Shown here in pieces: positions 9,169 to 17,348 of a DNA stretch of 53,314 bases. The notes beneath the pieces were generated by a model. It was not told where the DNA came from and searched no databases. It was given only the letters and a program-made list of their open reading frames with translations. Source of the stretch: Dehalococcoidia bacterium. Lineage in GTDB: Bacteria; Chloroflexota; Dehalococcoidia; CAUJGQ01. Each line of letters begins with the position of its first letter. Position 1 is the stretch's first letter. Made by a program: the position numbers and the translations under genes. Location of the stretch: NCBI GenBank assembly GCA_038325665.1, contig JBBQJF010000001.1, forward strand, positions 1 through 53,314. Direction: 5' to 3'.

Positions 9169-10521
9169 ATGAGCAGCTACGCCGACGCCGTGCGATACCT
9201 CTATTCCTTCACCAATTACGAGTTCACCTCGCTGGACCGCGCCTCGGCGGCCACCCTCGATCTACGCCGGGTGCGGGCGCTGCTGGCGCGGTTGGGCGAC
9301 CCCCAACGCGGGCGGCGTACGGTCCATATCACGGGAAGCAAGGGCAAGGGCAGCACCGCGGCGATGATCGCGGCGATCCTGCGCGGCGCCGGCCTTCGCA
9401 CTGGTCTGTTCACCAGCCCGCATCTACACCGCGAAACCGAGCGGGTGCGCGTGGACGGCGAACCGATCGCGGAAGACGACCTCGCACGACTGATCGATCA
9501 GATGCGGCCCGCCGTTGATGAGATCAATACGGCTGGCGAGCATGGCCGCCTCACGACCTTCGAGCTACGAACGGCCCTGGCATTTCTCTACTTCCGCGAG
9601 CGGGATGTGCAGTGGCAGGTGGTCGAGGTCGGGCTGGGCGGCCGGCTCGACGCGACCAACGTCCTCGACGAAAAGGACCTCTGCGTGTTCACACCGGTGT
9701 CGCTGGAGCACACCCGCATTCTCGGTGACACTGTCGCCAAAATCGCCGCCGACAAGGCAGGCATCCTGCGCCGGGGCGTGCGGACGGTTCTGGGGTTGCA
9801 GCGCGAGTCCGCCGCCGACGTGTTTCGCGCGGCCTGCACCGCATTGGAGGCGCCGCTGGAAGAAGTCGCGCTCGTCTGCCGCATGGCGCCCGGCAAGGCC
9901 GATGCCGACGGTCAGGAGATGCGACTGCGGACGCCGCGCGCCGAGTACCGCCTGACCTTGCCGCTGCTGGGCCGTCACCAACTCGAGAACGCCGCCACCG
10001 CCGTGCTCGCGGTCGAGAATCTGCGCGACGCGGGCGTCGACGCGTCGCCGCCGGTGGTTCAGACGGCGCTGTCCGCCGTGGCATGGCCGGGGCGATTGGA
10101 AGTAATCAAGCGCCGGCCGCTGCTGGTGGTGGACGGCGCACACAACGGCGATTCTGCCCGGCGGCTCGTGCAGGGACTGCGCGCCCACTTCTCCCCGCGC
10201 CGGATCCTGCTGGTCGTCGGCCTGAACAGTGACAAGGACATCCCGGCGTTCGCCCGCGAGTTCGCGTCGCTCGAACCCGAGGTGATCGCCACCCGCGCCC
10301 GCATCCCGCGTGCCGCCCCGGTCGCCGAGGTGGCCGATGCCTTTCGTGAGCTTGATCTGGCCGTGCGCACCGCGCCCACTGTCGCGGAAGCGGTGGACGA
10401 TGCGCTGAATGAAGCGGGACCATCGGACTTGGTGTGCGTGACCGGTTCGCTGTATGTGGTGGCGGAGGCGCGCGCCTGGGTGCTCGGCATTGTTCCCGGT
10501 CCCGCCGAACTCATACACTGA
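9169..10521 (+). CDS. folC: bifunctional folylpolyglutamate synthase / dihydrofolate synthase
   Basis: HITGSKGKGSTAAM P-loop, FTSPHL and EVGLGGRLDATNV motifs. GGAGG RBS upstream of the ATG at 9169. Confidence 0.9.
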   Translation: MSSYADAVRYLYSFTNYEFTSLDRASAATLDLRRVRALLARLGDPQRGRRTVHITGSKGKGSTAAMIAAILRGAGLRTGLFTSPHLHRETERVRVDGEPIAEDDLARLIDQMRPAVDEINTAGEHGRLTTFELRTALAFLYFRERDVQWQVVEVGLGGRLDATNVLDEKDLCVFTPVSLEHTRILGDTVAKIAADKAGILRRGVRTVLGLQRESAADVFRAACTALEAPLEEVALVCRMAPGKADADGQEMRLRTPRAEYRLTLPLLGRHQLENAATAVLAVENLRDAGVDASPPVVQTALSAVAWPGRLEVIKRRPLLVVDGAHNGDSARRLVQGLRAHFSPRRILLVVGLNSDKDIPAFAREFASLEPEVIATRARIPRAAPVAEVADAFRELDLAVRTAPTVAEAVDDALNEAGPSDLVCVTGSLYVVAEARAWVLGIVPGPAELIH

Positions 10522-10624
10522 CTGGGTGATGGGTGGTGGGTGGTAGGTGGTGGCAACACCGGCGGCGGGCCATGATTGCCGGCGGTCCGATACACGCCAT
10601 CGGTCACCGAGCGAGGACGCGATA

Positions 10625-11887
10625 ATGACGATTGGTGGCAATGGTCGGACGCGGATTGTGGTCACGGGGATGGGGGCGATCACGCCGCTTGGTCAGAATG
10701 TGACGGAGTATTGGGATAATCTGGTCGCTGGGCGCTCCGGCATCGGCGCGATGACGTTGTGTGACACCACCGGATATCCCTGCAAGATTTCGGGCGAGGT
10801 CAAAGACTGGCAGCCGGAGGCGTTCATCGAGCGCAAGGAGGCGCGGCGGATGGCGCGCTTCTCCCAGTTCGCCGTGGCCGCCGCGCGGCAGGCGGTAGAC
10901 GACGCCGGCATCGACCTGGGCGCGATTGATACCACCCGCGCCGGTGTGATGCTCGGCAACGGCAATGGCGGCTACCCCAACATCGAGGAGGCGGTGCGCA
11001 CGATTGTCGAAAAGGGCGGCATGCGGATGGACCCGCTGTTCATGCCCAAGAGCCTGCCGAACATGGCGGCCGCCCAAATCTCGTTGCAACTGGGATTGAA
11101 GGGTTACAACGGCACGATCGTGACGGCGTGCGCGGCCGGCACCCAGGCGATCGGCGAGGCGGCCGAGATTCTGCGCCGCGGGCAGATGGAGTACATGCTC
11201 ACCGGTGGCGCCGAGGCCGGCATCTCGCAGCTCGGACTTGGCGCGTTCTCGGTGATGCGCGCCATGTCTACCCGCAACGACGAACCAGAGCGCGCCAGCC
11301 GTCCCTTCGACAAGGACCGGGATGGCTTCATTCCGGCCGAGGGTGCCGCCGTGTTCGTGCTGGAGACGCTCGATCACGCCCGCGCCCGCGGCGCGCGCAT
11401 CCTGGCCGAGATCGCCGGCTTCGGCGTCTCCGCCGACGCCTATCATATCGTCGCCCCGTGCGCCGACGGCGAGGGCGCCGCCCGCGCGATCAGGTGGGCG
11501 CTGGAGGACGCGCGTGCGGCGCCGGAAGACATCGATTACATCAACGCGCACGGCACGTCCACACCGCACAACGATTCATCGGAGACGGTGGCGATCAAGG
11601 CGGCGTTGGGTGAGCACGCCTATCAGGTGCCAGTGTCCTCCACCAAGTCGATGATCGGCCACGCGCTCGGCGCGGCCGGGGCGCTCGAAACCGTGGCGGT
11701 GATCAAGACCTTGGAGACGGGTATTATCCATCCCACCGCCAACTATGAGACGGCCGACCCCGATTGTGACCTCGATTATGTGCCAAACACCGCCCGTCGC
11801 GCCGATGTGCGCACCGTGCTTAAGAACAGCTTCGGCTTCGGTGGCCAGAACGCCTGTCTCGTCCTGCGGCGGATGGACCATGAGTAG
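10625..11887 (+). CDS. fabF: beta-ketoacyl-ACP synthase II
   Basis: RIVVTGMGAITPLG; active-site region TACAAGTQAIGEA; NAHGTSTP and SSTKSMIGHALGAAG His motifs; FGFGGQNA end. Confidence 0.9.
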   Translation: MTIGGNGRTRIVVTGMGAITPLGQNVTEYWDNLVAGRSGIGAMTLCDTTGYPCKISGEVKDWQPEAFIERKEARRMARFSQFAVAAARQAVDDAGIDLGAIDTTRAGVMLGNGNGGYPNIEEAVRTIVEKGGMRMDPLFMPKSLPNMAAAQISLQLGLKGYNGTIVTACAAGTQAIGEAAEILRRGQMEYMLTGGAEAGISQLGLGAFSVMRAMSTRNDEPERASRPFDKDRDGFIPAEGAAVFVLETLDHARARGARILAEIAGFGVSADAYHIVAPCADGEGAARAIRWALEDARAAPEDIDYINAHGTSTPHNDSSETVAIKAALGEHAYQVPVSSTKSMIGHALGAAGALETVAVIKTLETGIIHPTANYETADPDCDLDYVPNTARRADVRTVLKNSFGFGGQNACLVLRRMDHE

Positions 11888-11953
11888 GCGCGCGGCTGCC
11901 GGCGCGGCGCCGGACCGGGCGGTCGTACCTCCCGTGGCCGGCGCGGGCCGGCA

Positions 11954-12087
11954 GGTCGTTCCTCCCCGAGGAAATGACAACCCTCTGGAGGGGCGACCCG
12001 GTGGGTCGCCTTGGACCTCGGTGACGGCCTGGTCGTTCCCACCGGAGAAAATGGCAACCGTGTGTAGGCGCGACCCGGCGGGTCGCC
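11954..12087. repeat. two tandem 57-nt units (77-nt period), each ending in a GCGACCCGG(T/C)GGGTCGC hairpin
   Basis: 11954-12010 and 12031-12087 are about 80% identical by hand alignment. Each ends in a palindrome: GGCGACCC-GGTG-GGTCGCC and GCGACCCG-G-CGGGTCGC. Confidence 0.65.
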
Positions 12088-12235
12088 GACCGTCCCGTTC
12101 TACAGGAACGTGTGCCTGACCGCGCGGACACGCCCGACTGCTCGTTGCCGGCGGGAGATGACATGCGTATCCCGACGGTTGGCCCCATGCGCCGGCCATC
12201 GCCACTACCCACTCCTGCATCACGAGGGTAACCAG

Positions 12236-13216
12236 ATGAATGTGTTCGTTGCCGGCGGCGCTGGTTACATCGGCTCGACCACGGCCGCCGAATTGCTCCG
12301 CGCGGGGCATGAGGTCACCGTCTTCGACAGTCTCGACCGCGGCCACCGCGCCGCCGTGCCCGATGGAGCCGCTTTCATCCAGGGAGACTTCGGCGATGCG
12401 GATGCGCTGACCCGTGCGCTCGGGGGAGCGCGGTTCGATGCGGCGATCCACTTCGGCGCATCAATCGAGGCCGGCGAGTCGATGAAAGATCCGGGCAGCT
12501 TTTTCACCAACAACGTCGCCAACACGATCACCCTGGTTAACGCGCTGATCGGGGCGGGGGTCGAACGGCTGGTGTTCAGCTCGAGCGCGGGGGTGTACGG
12601 CGAGCCGGAGGGCGTGCCGATCGCCGAGGTTCATCCGCTGAGACCAGCCAACGTCTACGGCGAAACCAAGATGCTGGTCGAACGAATGCTGCGCTGGTAC
12701 GGCGAACGGCGGGGCCTGCGCTGGGTGGCGCTCCGCTACTTCAACGCCGCCGGAGCCACCGACGAGCGCGGCGAGGACCATGCCCCGGAGTCACATCTTG
12801 TTCCGCTTGTCTTGCAGGTTCCGCTCGGCATGCGCGAGTCGCTTTCGATCTTCGGTGACGACTACCCCACGCGCGACGGGACATGCGTGCGCGACTACGT
12901 GCATATCCTCGATCTGGCGGCGGCGCACATCCTCGCCCTGGCGCAGTGTGACCGCGGCGGCGGCATCTTCAATCTCGGCAACGGCGAGGGCTTCACCAAT
13001 CTTGAGGTGGTGCAGACCGCGCGCCGCGTCACGGGCCACCCGATACCCGTGGTGGTGGCCCCGCGCCGCCCCGGCGACCCGGCCGAGTTGGTGGCATCGT
13101 CAGAGAAGGCGCGCACCGTGCTCGGCTGGCAACCCCAATTCCCGACGATCGAGGCGATCATCGCCAGCGCCTGGCGCTGGCATTCGGCGCATCCGCGCGG
13201 CTATGGCGGAGAATGA
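12236..13216 (+). CDS. galE: UDP-glucose 4-epimerase
   Basis: VFVAGGAGYIGS Rossmann motif; SSSAGVYG and YGETKML (S/YxxxK) motifs. 326 aa. Confidence 0.9.
   Translation: MNVFVAGGAGYIGSTTAAELLRAGHEVTVFDSLDRGHRAAVPDGAAFIQGDFGDADALTRALGGARFDAAIHFGASIEAGESMKDPGSFFTNNVANTITLVNALIGAGVERLVFSSSAGVYGEPEGVPIAEVHPLRPANVYGETKMLVERMLRWYGERRGLRWVALRYFNAAGATDERGEDHAPESHLVPLVLQVPLGMRESLSIFGDDYPTRDGTCVRDYVHILDLAAAHILALAQCDRGGGIFNLGNGEGFTNLEVVQTARRVTGHPIPVVVAPRRPGDPAELVASSEKARTVLGWQPQFPTIEAIIASAWRWHSAHPRGYGGE
13153..13208 (+). repeat. direct repeat, left copy (present 3' end of galE)
   Basis: 55/56 nt identical to 13868-13923. Confidence 0.9.
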
Positions 13217-13472
13217 GCCGTGGATCGCCAAGGATTTGTTCAGCCGCCTTGAGCGACTGACAGGCGGGGAGAGTCTACGCAAGTTCGTCGAGGCGTTGCA
13301 GCGGGGTATTGTTGGTCCAACGGGCGAGAGTGGTGTCAAGGTCTTGCGACATCCCGTCGGACGATATACCCATGAGCTGAAGATTGCCGAATCGGCACAG
13401 CGCCTCTTGGGTCGCTTCGATGAGCATGGGCAGATCATCTTTGATAGGTTTGAGCGTGGAGGTTTGCATTGA
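13203..13472 (+). CDS. hypothetical 89-aa protein, possibly RelE/YafQ-like toxin fold
   Basis: The ATG lies inside the repeat and overlaps the galE stop codon. The C-terminus HELKIAESAQRLLGRFDEHGQIIFDRFERGGLH resembles the C-terminal strands and terminal His of RelE/YafQ (compare ...LIYKLTDKLLRFERTGTH). Lower GC than flanking DNA. Confidence 0.4.
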   Translation: MAENEPWIAKDLFSRLERLTGGESLRKFVEALQRGIVGPTGESGVKVLRHPVGRYTHELKIAESAQRLLGRFDEHGQIIFDRFERGGLH

Positions 13473-13822
13473 TGAGTACAACAGATGTACTGACGGCGCT
13501 TGACCGCGCGCTGTCTGATGAATGCATCATCGTGGACATCCTTCAAGTTTTGCGGGAGAGCGGCGAATCGGGCGTTGTCGCGGTTGAGTTGGATGGTGAG
13601 ATAGCGCGAGTGCCCGTGGACCCACCAGTTGATGTCATCACGAAGGCATGCTTTCGGGAGAAGTACGGAAGCGGGTTCGGCACGTATCGAGTCCAGGTCG
13701 CCATAGGCGGCATCACTGACGCGGCGCACGGTGTTCTAGAAGCGACATATTGCTTTGCCACCGCCTACTATGACAGCGATCTCCATCTCACCACCATCGA
13801 CTTTCACAGGACGCCGCGCTAA
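13469..13822 (+). CDS. hypothetical 117-aa protein, translationally coupled to the preceding ORF
   Basis: ATGA start/stop overlap at 13469-13472. No family recognised and no obvious HTH. Confidence 0.45.
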   Translation: MMSTTDVLTALDRALSDECIIVDILQVLRESGESGVVAVELDGEIARVPVDPPVDVITKACFREKYGSGFGTYRVQVAIGGITDAAHGVLEATYCFATAYYDSDLHLTTIDFHRTPR

Positions 13823-13867
13823 CGTTTGCACGCCTGGCGGCTGACAGCGGTGGTTCTCAACGGACTA

Positions 13868-13923
13868 GGCGATCATCGCCAGCGCCTGGCGCTGGCATTC
13901 GGCGCATCCGCGTGGCTATGGCG
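13868..13923 (+). repeat. direct repeat, right copy (orphan galE 3' end)
   Basis: Would terminate the galE frame as ...RGYGDT followed by TGA at 13929-13931. Confidence 0.9.
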
Positions 13924-13939
13924 ATACGTGAACGGTATC

Positions 13940-14201
13940 TCATCGCCGGTAGACATCGCTCCGATGTCCGGCTGCCACGATCAGCACGATGAGTTCGGCA
14001 TCACGAACCTGAGAAGTGACGCGATAGTCGCCGATTCGGATGCGATAGTCGTTGACCGTTCCCCTGAGCTTCCGGCGACCGTACTGGTCGCGGGTCGTCA
14101 GCCAGGGCGGCGATGTGTGACACAATCCGCTCATGAATGCTCAAAGGCAGGCGATCAACCTGCTTCTGCACCGGTGGCGGGAGGATGAGCCGATAGCTCA
14201 T
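13940..14201 (-). pseudogene. RelE/ParE-family toxin, frameshifted
   Basis: N-terminal part is MSYRLILPPPVQKQVDRLPLSIHERIVSHIAALADDPRP (frame of 14001..14201). C-terminal part is GRRKLRGTVNDYRIRIGDYRVTSQVRDAELIVLIVAAGHRSDVYRR (frame of 13940..14134). One extra nt lies in CCAGTACGGT at about 14080-14085. Confidence 0.75.
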
Positions 14202-14461
14202 TCTCGCCCGCCGCGTTCCGCGAGATATTCGTCGAGAGTCACGTAGTCGCCTGCCTCGTACGCGGCACGTGCCTCCTCGATCTGCTGCTGTGCCTCCGGG
14301 CTAAGCCCGTAGCGGTCCTCCTCTTCCTCAAGAATCTGCTCATCGAGTGCGCCCACCAGCCGGAGCTTGTCGTCGAGTGTGAGCTGGCTGGCGGCCTCGA
14401 GCAAGGCTTCGAAGGTGACCGAGACCTTGATCGTTTCGCGTGCAATTGCCTGCTGGGTCAT
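14198..14461 (-). CDS. antitoxin-like addiction-module component (87 aa)
   Basis: ATGA overlap with the toxin start codon. LTLDDKLRLVGALDEQILEEEE... acidic helical protein ending in GDYVTLDEYL. Start taken at the ATG at 14461. Confidence 0.6.
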   Translation of the reverse strand: MTQQAIARETIKVSVTFEALLEAASQLTLDDKLRLVGALDEQILEEEEDRYGLSPEAQQQIEEARAAYEAGDYVTLDEYLAERGGRE

Positions 14462-14528
14462 CGTGCGTTCTCCGTGTGTGGCCGGCCCTCCGTTTTGTCC
14501 CTTCGAGGATAGCTCACCGGGCGCCGGC

Positions 14529-16154
14529 TCATGCCACCACCCCTTCACGCTGGTAGACGCGCACGCCGTCTACCCAGGTCTGTTCGACGGCGATGTCGCG
14601 GATGCGCGCGGGCGCGACCGTCGTGGGGTCCTCGGAGAGCACGGCGAAGTTGGCGAGTTTGCCGGGGGTGATCGAACCCTCGATATCGTCGTGGCCGCCG
14701 GCCCATGCCGAGCCGAGCGTGTAGGCGCGGAGCGCGCCGGCGGCGGTCATCGCCTGATCGGCGTAGAAGGCGGCCCCACTGGTCGTGCGCCGCTCAACCG
14801 CCGCGCCGATGCCCCACAGCGGCGGCAGGGCGAAGCACGGCGAGTCGGAGCTGCCGGCGACGGTGACACCGGAGGCATTGAGCTGGCCGAGCGGGTAGTT
14901 GAGGAATTGTGGAGGCCGGTTCTGCGCGATGGTGCGGTCGCCGTACTGCCAAATGCCCACCGGCTGGCAGACCACCCCGACCTCCAGCGCCTTGACGCGA
15001 TCAACGTCGGCGTCGAGGCCGTAGAAGAAGTGGTCGATGCGCATGCGCGCCTGACCACCGGGGACGACTCGGCGGACGTGGGTCATCGCCTCGATCGCCG
15101 CCTCGATTCCGCGGTTGCCGATCGCGTGGATCGCGAGGGTCAGGCCCAGGCGGTGCGCGCCCTCGGCGAGGTCGTTCAACTCGGTCTGCGCGTAAAACAG
15201 GATGCCCTCGTCCACACCGGAGGCGTGTCCGGCGTGACCGGGGATGCGGGTGGCGCAGGTGACGCCGGCGCCATCGGCGAACAGCTTCATACCGCCGCGC
15301 CGCATCCGGGGCGGGAGGGCGCCGTCCAGCGTCGCGCCGTCAATCCACGGCCCGGGTGAGTCGAACAGTCCCCGCGCCGATCCGCGCAGCGGCGCGTAGT
15401 ACAGCGGCAGCCGGCCCTCCTCCGCCGCGCGCAGGAAGAGTTGATGGAACGCGGGCGGGACCCAGGCATCCTGAACCGAGGTGATGCCGAGCGCGAGATG
15501 GCGGCGGCCGTTCGCCTCGACCAGATCGAGCAACTGCTCCGCGTGTCGCTCGAACAGGGCGGAGATCGAGAGCACCTGGAACGGATTGGTGGCCGACTCG
15601 GCGAGTACACCGATTGGGTCACCAGACGGATCGCAGTCGATCACCCCGTTCGGCAGATACGTATGGCCCTGGACGATGCCGGCCAGTGCGAGCGCGCGAC
15701 TGTTGGCGGCGACGCGATGGTACGAGCTGTGGATCAGCACGACCGGGTGATCGGGCGCGGCCTCGTCCAGTTCCTGCCGGGTGGGGTGGCGGCGCTCGCG
15801 CAGTTGCAGATCCTGATAGCCGAAGGCACGAATCCAGCCGCCTGCCGGTGTTGTGTGCGACGCGTGCTTGATTCGCGCCTGGATGGCGGCGATGTCCTCG
15901 GCCCGTGGGTTTGCCAGGTCCACCCCAACCGGCTCGAGGGTGGTCGGCCCAAAATGGTTATGCGCGTCCACGAAGCCGGGCACAATCGTGCGCCCGCCCA
16001 TGTCGATCACTTCGGTGTCGCGTTCGCGCCGGCCCATCATCTCGGCGGTTGCGCCGGTCGCCGCGATCCGGCCGCCGGTGACGGCAATCGCCTCGGCCGT
16101 GGGGTGGGACGGGTCAACCGTGAGCACACGCGCGTTAACGAGTAGCCGATCCAT
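14529..16154 (-). CDS. amidohydrolase-3 family metal-dependent hydrolase
   Basis: N-terminal ...GRTIVPGFVDAHNHF metal-binding motif, internal HAIGNRG, and C-terminal GSDSP...GSITPGKLANFAVL. GAGGAGG RBS upstream of the ATG at 16154. Confidence 0.85.
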   Translation of the reverse strand: MDRLLVNARVLTVDPSHPTAEAIAVTGGRIAATGATAEMMGRRERDTEVIDMGGRTIVPGFVDAHNHFGPTTLEPVGVDLANPRAEDIAAIQARIKHASHTTPAGGWIRAFGYQDLQLRERRHPTRQELDEAAPDHPVVLIHSSYHRVAANSRALALAGIVQGHTYLPNGVIDCDPSGDPIGVLAESATNPFQVLSISALFERHAEQLLDLVEANGRRHLALGITSVQDAWVPPAFHQLFLRAAEEGRLPLYYAPLRGSARGLFDSPGPWIDGATLDGALPPRMRRGGMKLFADGAGVTCATRIPGHAGHASGVDEGILFYAQTELNDLAEGAHRLGLTLAIHAIGNRGIEAAIEAMTHVRRVVPGGQARMRIDHFFYGLDADVDRVKALEVGVVCQPVGIWQYGDRTIAQNRPPQFLNYPLGQLNASGVTVAGSSDSPCFALPPLWGIGAAVERRTTSGAAFYADQAMTAAGALRAYTLGSAWAGGHDDIEGSITPGKLANFAVLSEDPTTVAPARIRDIAVEQTWVDGVRVYQREGVVA

Positions 16155-16240
16155 CACGAGCCTCCTCACATCTGGTCGAGCCGGGGCCGGCCCGCGGTGA
16201 TGCTACCATGTCGGGGCGCTCCGGTTGAGGATGTTATTCG

Positions 16241-16807
16241 TCACGAGCGCGATGGCGGTGTATCGGCCAGTAACGCGTCAAAGTGCGCGATGCGCGTGTC
16301 GTCGATCCCAAGAAAATCGGCCAGCCACCCTCTGATATAGGGCACGTCAAGTTCGCCGCCCTGAAGCCGCACGAGTTCGCGCAGATCTACCCAGTCCTTC
16401 TCCCGATTGAAGAGAATCTTGCACACGGCCAGGTCTTCGGCGGACAGAACGCGTATCTCGCTATCGCCGTACGGCACACGCTGGATGCGGTCACGCGCGG
16501 AGTCATGGAACGCGGTGGTTGAAAAGAACAGGTCAACCAGCGTCTGGTCCCAGGGGATACGTAGCTGTCCATCACGACGGGCGCGCGCCGAGTCACGCGC
16601 GATATCGACCGCGACGCCCATGCTGACTAGGACGCGGAGGACCGCCTCGCTGTCCGACTCGGGGACGAAGATGTTGATGTCGATGTCCGTGGTCGCGCGT
16701 GGCTGTGCCGCGTACGCCAAGGCGATCGCGCCGCCAAATGCATGGGGGATGCCGGCGTCTTCGAGGGTGCGCGCGACACGTTGGACGCGGTCATCGAAGC
16801 TCAGCAC
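16241..16807 (-). CDS. nucleotidyltransferase-fold protein (pol-beta superfamily)
   Basis: AFGGAIALAYAAQPRATTDIDINIF matches G-[GS]-x(9-13)-D-h-[DE]-h. C-terminal LSAEDLAVCKILFNREKDWVDLRELV. The GTG start directly follows the TAG of the upstream small ORF. Confidence 0.6.
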   Translation of the reverse strand: MLSFDDRVQRVARTLEDAGIPHAFGGAIALAYAAQPRATTDIDINIFVPESDSEAVLRVLVSMGVAVDIARDSARARRDGQLRIPWDQTLVDLFFSTTAFHDSARDRIQRVPYGDSEIRVLSAEDLAVCKILFNREKDWVDLRELVRLQGGELDVPYIRGWLADFLGIDDTRIAHFDALLADTPPSRS

Positions 16808-17065
16808 CTACTCGCGCTCCGGTTCTCGCTCCGGTTCATGCTCTGGCGGACGCAACCAGGCCGAGCGGGGAAATCCGGGAAACCGTTCATGCTTCGGCGG
16901 ATAGCGACCGACCTTATCGACAAATCGCAGCAGTCCGCGAAGCGCCTCGCCCTTTTCCCGCGGCGACGCGTTCTTCCAGCGGTCCAGATCCTCGTCGTCA
17001 TGCAGCGGCCGTATCTTCGAGCCATCCGACCGATCTCGCTGCTGCATCTCCCACCGCCTCGCCAT
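16808..17065 (-). CDS. small hypothetical protein (85 aa), putative partner of the nucleotidyltransferase
   Basis: ORF ends (TAG 16808-16810) immediately before the NTase GTG. Charged, with a Glu/Pro-rich tail. The start is uncertain because the longer ORF runs into GC-rich repeats. Confidence 0.4.
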   Translation of the reverse strand: MARRWEMQQRDRSDGSKIRPLHDDEDLDRWKNASPREKGEALRGLLRFVDKVGRYPPKHERFPGFPRSAWLRPPEHEPEREPERE

Positions 17066-17136
17066 GCCCACGATTCTCCCTGGCCGGGGACGACGCGCCG
17101 GCTTGTCCCCACTCGCGTGCAACCGGCGTGCTGGTG

Positions 17137-17224
17137 TCCGGGGGCGACCCGCGGTCGTGGCTGAACTCAACGCGAGCAGCTCCGCCGGCGCCCCGCGTCC
17201 GGGGGCGACCCGCCGGGCCGCCCC
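17137..17224. repeat. two copies of TCCGGGGGCGACCCGC (61-nt period), GC-hairpin repeat family
   Basis: Exact 16-mer at 17137-17152 and 17198-17213. The second copy extends to GGGGCGACCCGCCGGGCCGCCCC. Confidence 0.6.
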
Positions 17225-17348
17225 TACAAGGGGTTCCCGATGTGTCCTCACGGTCGCGACCCACCGAACCTCGCGGGGCTTCTCATCTTCTCCGGGCGTC
17301 GGCGCCCCATGCTCTGTGCCCTATGACCTATGACCTTTGCCCCCGCCC

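Noticed and set aside
9565-10683. 372-aa minus-strand ORF, and similar ones at 7369..8220, 10604..11569, 23497..24420, 14367..15359 and 47053..47835.
   Set aside because: All overlap genes with unambiguous family motifs on the other strand or in another frame. All are Arg/Gly/Pro/His-rich, as expected from GC-rich non-coding frames.
11576-12451. 291-aa minus-strand ORF bridging the fabF-galE spacer.
   Set aside because: It runs through the GC-hairpin tandem repeats and antisense into fabF and galE. It has no motifs and is an artefact of stop-poor repeats.
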